A stretch of DNA of 64,000 bases, from positions 1 through 64,000 of the forward strand of contig CATOCA020000018.1 of NCBI GenBank assembly GCA_951406725.2, read 5' to 3'. The stretch is from Octopus vulgaris. Lineage: Eukaryota. The notes under the pieces are model-generated. The model saw nothing but the letters and a program-made list of their open reading frames with translations, did no database searches and was not told where the DNA came from. Within the stretch, counting starts at the first letter, position 1; every line of letters begins with the position of its first letter. Positions 45,731-58,208 of the stretch are shown piece after piece. Made by a program: the position numbers and the translations under genes.

Positions 45731-46463
45731 TTATGAATAGATTTTGTAGATGGAAACTGAAAGAAGCCCATCGTATATAAATGTATACATATATGTGTGT
45801 GTGTGAGTGTGTGTGTCTGTTTGTCCCCCTTCAACATCGCTTGACAACCGATGCTGGGGTGTTTACATCCCCGTCAATTAGCCGCTTGGTAAGAAACGCT
45901 AGGCTTGAAAAGAATAAGTCTTGGGATCGATTTGCTCGACTAAAGGCGTTGCTCCAGCATGGCCACAGTCAGATGACTGAAACAAGGAAAATAAAAACAT
46001 ATATATATATATATATGTATATGTTTATGTATATATATGTATATGTTTACGTATATATATATATATATATATGGATATATATATATATATAGGCGCAGGA
46101 GTGGCTGTGTGGTAAGTGGCTTGCTAACCAACCACTTGGCTCCGGGTTCAGTCCCACTGCGTGGCATCTTGGGCAAGTGTCTTCTGCTATAGCCCCGGGT
46201 CGACCAATGCCTTGTGAGTGGATTTAGTAGACGGAAACTGAAAGAAACCTGTCGTATATATGTATATAGACTTAGGGGTGGCTGTGTGGTAAGTAGCTTG
46301 CTAACCAGCCACATGGCTCCGAGTTCAGTCCCACTGCGTGGCATCTTGGGCAAGTGTCTTCTGCTATAGCCCCGGGCCGACCAATGCCTTGTGAGTGGAT
46401 TTTGTAGACGGAAACTGAAAGAAGCCTGTCGTATATATGTATATATATATATGTATATATTTA

Positions 46464-46929
46464 TCTCTTATTATAAAAGGTAGATTTTATCTGCCTCCTT
46501 TTGTCAGTTATAGAAATCTACAATATAGGATTTCTTCAATTACAATTTACCTAGCATTTTTAAGAGTAGAATGCATCGGTATTTGCCAGGTCCGGTTTTT
46601 AAAATTTCAACCCCAATTAAGCAAAATTTAGAGAAAACTCACATTCTGGTGTATATGTCAAATGCTTTTCTTAATTTGGGTTACAGCACACGCAAACGCA
46701 CACACACAGTGTGCAACGAATAAACTGAAACTAATTCACTGTGTGTTGACAGGTAGACAATAGAATGCGATGGCGATGTAATATTTGTTTCTGTCTATGA
46801 CGCTGATAGATACATGAGCAAAATGTATGGGAAGCTAACAGATAAGAGTGAGTGAAAATGTTCTTGGAAGAGAGTAAATAGCGAGAGTGTGATTTGAGGA
46901 AGACTTTACATTAAATAACCGTAGTGGCT

Positions 46930-46930
<1 letters not shown>
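46464..46930 (+). mobile_element. Probable 5' portion of a third Helitron family (shorter ~90-bp stubs near 29064 and 40762)
   Basis: A|TCTCTTATTATAAAAGGTAG resembles the other two TC-start termini; no CTRR 3' end found, right boundary uncertain. Confidence 0.45.
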
Positions 46931-46965
<35 letters not shown>

Positions 46966-47550
46966 CATAAGACAGTAAGGTGTGATTTGAGGGAGATGTG
47001 GCTGCTATTTCTACCATGTCTAGCTGCCATGTAGGGGTCTCCCTCATAGGCTCATACATACATATATACATAGATAAGACAGTAAGGTGTGATTTGGGGG
47101 AAATTTGGCTGCTATTTCTACCAGGTCTAGCTACCATGTAGAGGTCCCCCTCATTGGCTCATATATATATACATACATAAGACAATGAGGTGTGATTTGA
47201 GGGAGATTTGGCTGCTGTTTCTACCAGGTCTGTTAGGCCTTCTCATGTAAACTCAAGCTTTCTCATGCCTTGAACATAAGACCAAAGCAGAGAATGTATT
47301 CTTTTATTCTTCTGCTTTTTCAAGCCATTGGTCTGTGGTCATGCTGGGGCAATGCCTTAAAGAATTGTAGTTTAATGAATCAACTCCAGTTTTATTTTTG
47401 TAAGCATTGTACTTATTCTATCTGTTTCCTTTGTCAAACCACTAGGTGACAGGGATGTAAACAAACCAACATTCGTTGTCAAGCAGTGGTGGAGGACAAT
47501 CACAAGCACAGACACGCACACACACACACATACAGCATACACATATACAC

Positions 47551-47581
<31 letters not shown>

Positions 47582-47599
47582 TTTGTGTGTATATATATA

Positions 47600-47860
47600 T
47601 TGCAGCGTGGAAGGTGTTTTGTAAAGCCATTTAAGAAACACACAAAAACCGTTAGATTCACTTCAACATTTAAATTTCATTTGCCAAAATATTTTCCTCG
47701 CTTTGAGACCGCGACCTGTTCACTGAAAAAAATATCGTGCTAACAGGTCGCGGTCTCAAAGCGACGAGAATATTTTGACAAATTAAATTTAAATGTTGAA
47801 GTGAATCTAACGGTTTTTGTGTGTTTCTTAAATGGCTTATAAACACCTTCAACGCTGCAA
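47600..47860. repeat. Second copy of the ~119-bp-arm fold-back
   Basis: Matches 15873-16131 within a larger duplication (about 15380-16726 = 47075-48417). Confidence 0.95.
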
Positions 47861-48018
47861 CTGTTTTCGTTCCAGCACACGATCTCAGATCAAGTCACTT
47901 GCTATGCAAGTACATCTCTGTAACTATATATATATTTATATATATATATGTATATTGGTAAAAACAGTAAGATAACAAAAGAAAGAAAGAGACCTCAATA
48001 TTATGTAAATAGAGGAAA

Positions 48019-48417
48019 TCTTTATATATAAAAGTGAGGTTGTGTGTCTGTCTGTCTCCTACGATTTAGATTCCTAACTACTCCCACATTTTGCGGTGCA
48101 GTTTAACCAAAACCGGGTATCTTATAGTCGTGATTCATATCGAGCCCGTCTGGGTAATAGCGCGCGTCTACGATGAGTCTACGATTTAAAAAAAAATTTA
48201 CCATCAATTTTTCACATTTTTAATCCATTTTTGACATATATAAGGGAAGTAACTCTCTAAAATTTATTATTAAATCTCAGAACGTAAAAAGCTACAGTAA
48301 CACCCCGCCCCCTTTGTGGTTAGCCATATTGAGATGGCTATTATACTTTACATCTCTAAAAATGCTTATATAATTATTTCCCTTACAAACCCGAGCAACG
48401 CCGGGCGATACTGCTAG
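48019..48417 (+). mobile_element. Non-autonomous Helitron, duplicate of 16332-16726
   Basis: Same TC start, hairpin and CTAG|T end, and the same left flank (so duplicated with its surroundings). Confidence 0.88.
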
Positions 48418-48437
48418 TGTATATATATGTATATGTT

Positions 48438-48559
<122 letters not shown>

Positions 48560-48724
48560 GGCGCAGGAGTAGCTGTGTGGTAAGTAGCTTGCTAACCAAC
48601 CACATGGCTCCGGGTTCAGTCCCACTGCGTGGCATCTTGGGCAAGTGTCTTCCGCTATAGCCCCGGGCCGACCAATGCCTTGTGAGTGGATTTGGTAGAC
48701 GGAAACTGAAAGAAGCCTGTCGTA

Positions 48725-48814
<90 letters not shown>

Positions 48815-49017
48815 TGTGTCTGTGTTTGTCCCCCTAGCATTGCTTGACAACCGATGCTAGTGTGTTTACGTCACTTAGCGGTTCGGCAAAGTAGACCGAT
48901 AGAATGAGTACTAAGCTTACAAAGAATAAGTCCCGGGGTCGATTTGATCGACTAAAGGCGGTGCTCCAGCATGGCCGCAGTCAAAATGACTGAAAGAAGT
49001 AAAAGAGTAAAAGAGTA
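48560..49017 (+). mobile_element. Full-length copy of the dominant tRNA-derived SINE (head, internal TA/TG microsatellite, LINE-related tail)
   Basis: ggcgcaggagtagctgtgtggtaag (A box) .. gggttcagtccc (B box) .. cttgggcaagtgtctt .. ggcggtgctccagcatggccgcagtc..gactgaaa .. (gtaaaaga)n tail. Many partial copies across the window. Confidence 0.85.
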
Positions 49018-49048
49018 ATATATACATACATATAGATATGTATTTACG

Positions 49049-49132
<84 letters not shown>

Positions 49133-49233
49133 GATATGTATGAACGTATGTGTGTACATATATATAAACGTGTGTGTATATGTAACATATTTCTAAGAAT
49201 AGATACATTCATACATACATCTACATATACATA

Positions 49234-49271
<38 letters not shown>

Positions 49272-49275
<4 letters not shown>

Positions 49276-52200
49276 TGATTGATTGATTGATTCTAGTTTC
49301 AGCTCATGAGCTGTGGCCATGCTGGGGCACCGCCATTTGGTGTTGCTACTTGGTTTTACTTCACGAAAGCTTTTTAGCAACTGCCATTTGGTGCATGAGA
49401 GAGTTCGATGCAGCTGCCCTCATCTGCACCTCCTGCCGTGAAGTTGGTTCATCTGGGACACCTGACAGGAAGAAATCCAGTTCCATTTTAAAGACATCTG
49501 CATCCACCCCATGCAGGTCTCTCAGGTTCTTCGGGAGGATATTGAAGAGCTGTGGGCCACGGAAGCTCGGGCTATCACAGTATCGTGTCCTACATCTTGA
49601 TGGCAAATTTGGAGTCCTAGGCACCACGTAGTGGCGCCCAGTTCTGGCATTTGTGTAACTCTCGATGCCAAAGTTTGGGACACGTCCCTCCAGGATCTTC
49701 CAGATATATATTATGGCATATCTTCCCCGCCTACGCTCCAAGGAATATAGTTTTAATCTCTTGAGTCTTTCCCAGTAGCTTACATTCTGCATAGAGGCTA
49801 TCTTCTTCGTGTAGCTACGCTGGATCGCCTCGAGCTCTGTGATCAACTTGACACTGGATGTTGACAATAACTAAGAGCAATAGTCAAAGTGGCTTAGGAC
49901 AAGTGTCCTCCAGAGGACCATCATGGTTTCTTGTTCTCTTGTTCTAAAGGTTCTGAGAATCCATCCGGCCAGCCGTCTACATTTCATTGCCAATTTAGCA
50001 AAATGAACACGAAAGGTTGCGTCATCACTCATGTAAATACCCAGGTCACGCACTGATTGTGCCTCTGGGATTGCTATTCCTCCGGGTCCAGTGTATTCAT
50101 TGGGTATTGCATTTAGTTTTGCATGCTGATAGTATAAAGCTTGAAACTTTTCAGCATTGAACTGCATGCTATTCTTTTCAGCCCACTTGTATATTTCGTC
50201 CAGCTCACATTGCAGGTGCTTAGCGTCTTCAGGGTTCTGTATTGCCTGTGAAACTTTTGTATCATCTGCATAACTTGTGATCGTGGCTCTCTGCGTGGCT
50301 GAGGGCATGTCTGAGAGGGCCATTATGAACAGTAGTGGTCCCAAAACAGTGCCCTGCGGAACACCGCTCACTATTTGTGTGTTAATGGAAGTGGCCTCAT
50401 TGGCTGCTACCACCTGACTTCTATTCTTCAGAAAGTCATGAAGCCATTCTCCCAATTTTCCAACTATGCCAAGATCACGCAGTTTGTGACATATCATTCC
50501 ATGATCGACTTTATCAAAGGCCTTTGCAAAGTCGAGATATATGACTTCCACATTTGAGTGGTTGAGCAGTTGTTTCAGCACCCAGTCATAGTGTTGTAGG
50601 AGCTGAGTTAAACAGCTTCTTCCTGGTCGGAAACCATGTTGGGTGTCAGGCAGCAAGTCATTTTCTTCAAGGAAGGTGATTAGTTTCCTTCTGACTATTC
50701 GTTCCATGACCTTGCTGATGTGTGAGGTGAGAGAGATAGGTCTGTAGTTCTTGGCCTCTGCTCTGCTACCACCTTTATGAATAGGACATATTTTACCTTC
50801 CTTCAGTTTTTTTGGAAGTTTGCCAGCTGCTAGGAAGCTCTGAAAGAGGATCTGCAGTGGTCTTGCTAGGACTCTCTTACATACTTTTAGGAGGATTGCC
50901 GGGAATCCATCGGGGCCAATAGCTGATTCTGTTTTCATTTCATCTATGGCCTTTATTACATCGTCTTCCTTTATATCGATGTAATTTATCGTCGCCGCCT
51001 CTGATTTTATATCTGCAGTGGTAAAGAAGTCAGTTGGATTGGTGATTTGGAAATGCCCGAGGGTGGAATGAAAACACTCTTGAATTGCTCATTCAGTATT
51101 TCACTTACCCTCATTGGTTTTCCTGTGAGTGTACCATCCTCTTCAAGGAGTGGCCCTATCCTACAGTGCACCGTAGCTGTTTCTTTGGCATACCTGTAGA
51201 AAGCTCTGGGGTTAGATTTTATGTTGTCTATAGTCCAGGCTTCTTTGTCTGCTCTTTCCTTTTCATGGGAGAGTTGCAGACATTTTTCAATTTCCAACAG
51301 TTTTATTTTCAGGCGGGACTTTTCACTGCTTTCAATCTGTTTGTTTAGGCGATTTGAAATTTTTGTACGCCGTCTCATTAAGATTTTCCTCTTTCTGGGG
51401 ATTTTGTTCTTGTGTACAGTGGCCTTTCTCTCTGGGACACATTTGTAGCATATGGCTTGCGTTACAGACATGAATTGTTGAAGTTTCACGTCGATGTCTG
51501 GCGAGGAGAGACATTTAGGCCAGTTTTGTTTGAGGATCTCTTTCTCAATTTGTTTCCAGTTTGCCTTATGGTAGTTCAAGCTGGAAAGATTCTGAGGGTT
51601 TCTTGTAGGCTGCATGTCCGTGCTTTCTTTTGGCCCGTACATGGTCAGCTCTACCATGTTGTGATCCGAGAGTAGTGTCGGTGTCACTTTCACATTATGG
51701 ATGAGATCCATATTATTTGTGAAGTAGAGATCCAGTGTGTTACCTGCCCTGGTTGGTTGGAGTATTACTTGCTCCATGTACAGGGTGTTGATGAGGTTCA
51801 GGAGGGACCTCGCCTGTCCTCGTTCACATCTTGTCATTCCTGGGAGAGAAAGGCCCTCGGGCCATCTGACATTGGGTAGATTGAAGTCTCCCATAAGAAG
51901 TACACTTATGTGTTGTTCTAATGTGATTAGAACTTCTTCTATTTTTATAAGGCAGTCTTCAAACTTGCCCACATGGCTTGGGGCATCTGGAGGGCGATAT
52001 GTAGCACACACAACTACATCAAGTTGCCTTATATGTACAATTAGTGTGTCACACACCGAGTTTGAGTATGACAAGAGGACCTGGGGTGTGAGGTCCTCAC
52101 GGATGTACATAGCAACTCCTCCATGACTCCTTTCTTTTCTGTCGGTCCGTAGTATAACATACTGTGGTATGTGTAACTCCGCATCTGCTATGTCCGGTTT

Positions 52201-52856
52201 CAGGTGCGTTTCTGTAAGTGCTATGCATAAGGCTTGATTGCATGCAACAAAGTCTCTCAAGAACGGGATCTTTGTCCTGTTACTGAGTGTTTGCAGCCCT
52301 CTGATGTTCAGTAGGAGCATCGAGGTGAGGTGTATGTTGTTGCCGGCGGTGTCCATCCTGGGTCTGTTTGCTGTGGTGGTCTTGTATATAGTGGGTAGTC
52401 CCACCTGCGGGCTTGGGTTTGATGAAGCCAGGTCAGCTGCTGTACAATCTTTTGTGCCATGCACAAAAAAGATTGCTGCTCAGCAGCTGCCCTTTTTAAC
52501 AACATCATGTTTGCGGTTTGTGGCACGCACAACATCTGCGTACCTCCGCTTTGAGGCAGGTGGTGCGTGGACCTTCCCTTTTCCTTGTGTTGATGGCTTG
52601 TCCATCTGCCTCGTGTCTCTGCGGCAGGGTCCCCGATGTGCAAAGCGGCAGCCTGCACCTTCCTTTCCATGCCAGCAGGTACCTCTCAGGTAGAACCTAC
52701 ACACCCGTCGGCGCTGTTTGTTTCCATCCTTTGCAGTTCCACTTCCATTCCTGGTTGTTTCACCCTTTGGTCCTGCTTGAGCTCTTCCTTTAGCTCTTTC
52801 AGTCCTTCTTTTAGTTCTTCTTCCTCCCTCTACCTCTTCCCCGGGTTCTCCGTCTA
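49272..52856 (-). mobile_element. CR1-group non-LTR retrotransposon, 5'-truncated, with (AATC)n tail
   Basis: APE endonuclease and RT domains, 3' UTR, and tandem tail (tgat)n on the plus strand at 49272-49292; inserted in (TA)n. Confidence 0.93.
49361..52704 (-). pseudogene. LINE polyprotein pseudogene: CCCH-like zinc finger + apurinic-like endonuclease + reverse transcriptase
   Basis: CRFYLRGTCWHGKEGAGCRFAH (52480-52704); LNIRGL, LTETHL, YRPP, MGDFN, TLDL, SDH (51007-52464); GPDG, QHGF, YLDFAKAFDKV, GVPQGTVLGP, YADD (49871-50938); LYSLERRR (49361-49867). In-frame stops at 52480 and 49871 and a frameshift near 51050. Confidence 0.93.
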
Positions 52857-52963
52857 CATATATATATATATGTAGATGTATGTATGAATATATCTATTCT
52901 TAGAAATATGTTACATATACACACACGTTTATATATATGTACACACATACGTTCATACATATC

Positions 52964-53009
<46 letters not shown>

Positions 53010-53133
53010 TATACATACATATGCGTGCATATTTCTATTGCATATATAAACATATATATTTATGTGTATATATGCACATACATGTGTGAGTGTACGGCGT
53101 CTCAGCTGTGTTCAATGCAGAAAAATGAATATA

Positions 53134-53304
53134 GTCGCAGGAGTGGCTGTGTGGTAAGTAGCTTGCTAACCAGCCACATGGCTCCGGGTTCAGTCCCACT
53201 GCGTGGCATCTTGGGCAAGTGTCTTCCGCTATAGCCCCGGGCCGACCAATGTCTTGTGAGTGGATTTGGTAGACGGAAACTGAAAGAAGCCTGTCGTATA
53301 TATG

Positions 53305-53335
<31 letters not shown>

Positions 53336-53546
53336 TTGTGTGTCTGTGTTTGTCCCCCTAACATTGCTCGACGACCGATGCTGGTGTGTTTACGTCCCCG
53401 TCACTTAGCGGTTCGGCAAAAGATACCGATAGAATAAGTACTAAGCTTACAAAGAATAAGTCCCGGGGTCGAGTTGCTCGACTAAAGGCGGTGCTCCAGC
53501 TTGGCCGTAGTCAAATGACTGAAACAAGTAAAAGAGTAAAAGAGTA
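53134..53546 (+). mobile_element. Full-length copy of the dominant tRNA-derived SINE
   Basis: Same head, microsatellite and tail organisation as 48560-49017. Confidence 0.85.
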
Positions 53547-53579
53547 ATATATACATACATATAGATATGTATTTACGTA

Positions 53580-53621
<42 letters not shown>

Positions 53622-54101
53622 TATGTATGTACGTATGTGTGTACATATATATAAACGTGTGTGTATATGTAACATATTTCTAAGAATACATACATTCATA
53701 CATACATCTACATACGCCGTGTGTATGAATGTGTTTCTAAATGTGCATTTATACATGTGTGTGTATTATAAATATATATGTGTGTGTATGTATGTGTATG
53801 TGTATGCACATATGTATGTATGCATGTATATATGTTTGTATGTATGTATAAATGTATATATATATATTTGTGTGTTTGTATGTGCGCGTATATGTGTGTG
53901 TATGTATGTATATATATATACATGTGCGTGCATATATATCTGTATAAATGCATATACATGTGCATATATATATGCTTAGACACAAATACATACACGTACA
54001 ATATATCCGCATATATATATATATATATATGGATAGATTGATAGATAGTTAGATAGATAGATACATGCATACATACACACATTCATACATATATACAGAC
54101 T

Positions 54102-54132
<31 letters not shown>

Positions 54133-54227
54133 CTGTGTGTGTGTGTGTGTGTATAGATATATATATATATATGCTAACACGTGTATATATACACGTAAAT
54201 AAGTATAAAAATATATGTATGTATAAA

Positions 54228-54723
54228 TGCCAGAAAATAATGGATCGTGCCAAGATTTTGCTGCTACTTCTAGCATGTAGAAATTACCTGTTAAAGCGTA
54301 ATTTTCTATTTTGAAATATCTATATATCTATATATTTACTACCCACAAGGGGCTAAACGTAGAGGGGACAAACAAGGACAGACAAAGGGATTAAGTCGAT
54401 TACATCGACCCTAGTGCGAAACTGGTACATATATATATTCTTTTATTCTTTTCTTTTACTTGTTTCAGTCATTTGACTGCGGCCATGCTGGAGCACCGCC
54501 ATTAGTCGAGCAACTCAACCCCGGGACTTATTCTTTTGCAATCCCAGTACTTATTCTATCGGTCTCTCTTGCCGATCGGGGACATAAGCACACCAGCATC
54601 GGTTGTCAAGCAATGCTAGGGGACAAACACAGACACACAAATACACACTCAGTGGGACTGAACCCGCAACCATGTGGTTGGTAGACAAGCTACTTACCAC
54701 ACAGCCACTCCTGCGCCTATATA

Positions 54724-54768
<45 letters not shown>

Positions 54769-54816
54769 ATATTTCGGAATGGTCATATTGCCAGTTTAGT
54801 AATAAATATTTAAACG

Positions 54817-54874
<58 letters not shown>

Positions 54875-54929
54875 GTTTAAATATTTATTGGCTAAACTGG
54901 CAATATGACCATTTATTTATATATTTATG

Positions 54930-55005
<76 letters not shown>

Positions 55006-55204
55006 CTATATATCTATATATCTATACATATGTGTGTGTGTATATATATATATGTAGATGTATATATATATACATATATAAAAAAATAAAGGTCTTTATT
55101 TTTCATGTACTTCAAAATTTGCCAGAAAATAATGGATCGTAGTAATCTTTGCTGCTATTTCTAGCATGTAAAAATTGCCTGTTAAAGGGTAATTTTCTAT
55201 TTTG

Positions 55205-55269
<65 letters not shown>

Positions 55270-55280
55270 TATATATATAC

Positions 55281-55332
<52 letters not shown>

Positions 55333-55349
55333 GTATGTATGTACGTAGG

Positions 55350-55390
<41 letters not shown>

Positions 55391-55514
55391 GTATTTAACT
55401 CACTATATAACATATGAGTTTCTCTCTCTCTCAATATAAAACTATTTTTCTCTATTATTACCCGTTGCTAAGCAACTCAGGGAAAAGGTGTGTGCGCGTG
55501 TGACTGTATTTTCA

Positions 55515-55598
<84 letters not shown>

Positions 55599-57060
55599 TC
55601 TGCGTGTATTTTTAAAATCTTCCGATTATCGCTGACTTGAAATATACATTTCATTTCGTTTGCCATTGTAAAGTTAGATTGTATCTGAGACAGAATTGAA
55701 AATGCAAAGTTTCTGTTGACAGGATACCTGAATTTTCTGTATCTTTTGCTGACCCACCCCACTCACGCCATTTAATTTCATCAGTACTTAAGGCCTTCTT
55801 CTCTCTCTCTGTCTACCCCTCTCTCTCTGTCTACCTCTCTCTGTCTGTCTGTCTGTCTGTATTTAACTCACTATACAACATATAAGTTTCTCTCTCTCTC
55901 TCAATATAAAACTATTCTTCTCTATTATTACCCGTTGCTAAGCAACTCAGGGAAAAGGTGTGCGCGTGTGTGATTGTGTTTTCAATTGTGTGTGTGTATG
56001 TGTGCGTTTGTGCCTTTCGACACCAGTGCGTGCGTGCGTAACGATACACACACAAACCTCCACAAACATAAACGCACAAAATTGAAAAAACACAGTTACA
56101 CACTCAAACACTCGCACACAGAAACGAAAATACACACGCACACTCACACTCACACACGCACACATACATATGGACAAACACCACACACACACACACAAAA
56201 ATGAAAATACTCAGTTACACACTCACACGCACACACACGCACACACACTAGAGCGCACACACACACACACACGCACAAGCAATAAACTGGAAACGCGCGC
56301 ACGCAGACACAGAAAGGAAAACACACATATGTGTGTGTGTGTGTGTGTATGTATGAATAGATTTTGTAGATGGAAACTGAAAGAAGCCCATCGTATATAA
56401 ATGTATACATATATGTGTGTGTGTGAGTGTTTGTGTCTGTTTGTCCCCCTTCAACATCGCTTGACAACCGATGCTGGGGTGTTTACATCCCCGTCAATTA
56501 GCCGCTTGGTAAGAAACGCTAGGCTTGAAAAGAATAAGTCTTGGTATCGATTTGCTCGACTAAAGGCGGTGCTCCAGCATGGCCACAGTCAGATGACTGA
56601 AACAAGGAAAATAAAAACATATATATATATATATATATGTATATGTTTATGTATGTATATGTATATGTTTACGTATATATATATATATATGTATATATAT
56701 ATAGGCGCAGGAGTGGCTGTGTGGTAAGTAGCTTGCTAACCAACCACTTGGCTCCGGGTTCAGTCCCACTGCGTGGCATCTTGGGCAAGTGTTTTCTGCT
56801 ATAGCCCCGGGCCGACCAATGCCTTGTGAGTGGATTTGGTGGACGGAAACTGAAAGAAGCCTGTCGTATATATGTATATAGACTTAGGGGTGGCTGTGTG
56901 GTAAGTAGTTTGCTAACCAACCACATGGCTCCGGGTTCAGTCCCACTGCGTGGCATCTTGGGCAAGTATCTTCTGCTATAGCCCAGGGCCGACCAATGCC
57001 TTGTGAGTGGATTTGGTAGACTGAAACTGAAAGAAGCCTGTCGTATATATGTATATATAT
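54228..57060. repeat. Partial fifth copy of the macrosatellite unit (right half)
   Basis: gccagaaaataatggatcgtgcc through the paired SINE heads matches 26294-29040. Confidence 0.92.
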
Positions 57061-57074
57061 ATATATATATATAC

Positions 57075-57115
<41 letters not shown>

Positions 57116-58208
57116 GGCAGTTTGTCTGTGCGTGTTTCTGTGTGTCTGTTTTCTCGTACCCTCACTCTGACCACGGCTTTCAACCGATTCTGATGAAACT
57201 TGACACACACATAGCCCAATGTCATAATTCAAAACTAACGTAGCGAAAATTTTGAAAAGTTCCCACAGTTTTTAAAAATTGATAAATTCGACATGGGGTC
57301 GAGAATCAGAAACACGAACCACAGACTATCTAGGGGACGCAACTCGAGAATCTAAGCTTTTTTTATGCAACGCATTATCTATGGTAGTTTTCACAACTTG
57401 CAATCGATTTTCACCAAACTCATGGTGAAGCTTAATGTTACCCTAAGAAACTCAATTCTGAAGTTAGTTTTCCATGCAATACCTTACCATCAGAAACAGT
57501 CGATAAAATCATGCCATTTTGGGAAATCGCGTTCAAATTCAAGATGACATATTTTCGACAATATCTTTCACAAATTGGCAGGAATTTTTTTTTTTTCACA
57601 ACGAGCATCATGTCTGCTCCAAGGAGCTATATAGCCCTTTTTATTCCAATAGGATACATTATTGGAAAAAATCGGTTAATTTAATCATATGTGGCACACA
57701 TAGCAAACAAATTTGTGTATTAAACACAAACCAGACTGCCTAGGGGACGCAACTTGACCTTTTTAGCTATCGATAATTCGATCCAACCAATTCCTACCAG
57801 GAAGAAATTACATTCGAGACTTTACCCCCAACACCGCCACTTCTGCTAATAGCTGCTGCAGCCGCAAGTTATTCGAATACTTTTTTTGTTTAAACTTTCT
57901 TTATAACTACCACCCCAAACGTTTTACCTTCAATTTTTGACGTACCCTAACGGTCCTCGGACGCTACTTGCAAACTCTTGGTTTATTATAAACCACTTTT
58001 GTCGTGTGCATCAAAAAACTTTTCCTTTCGTTTGTTCAGTTTGATCACTTTTGACTTTTTCGTTGTTGTCACTCACATTGCTACCCGCTTTTTGGCCGTT
58101 TTTGTACATTTTTATACATTTTTATACAGCTCCTTTTTATTTTTCGGATACTTACCCCACGTGTTCCTTTTTATTACACCTTTGCCAAACACATTGCTAT
58201 CCACCAAA

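Noticed and set aside
57978-58208. Hydrophobic N-terminal extension of the Helitron ORF
   Set aside because: Arises from a TTG start in T-rich sequence; the plausible start is ATG 58209 (MPPKKRR).
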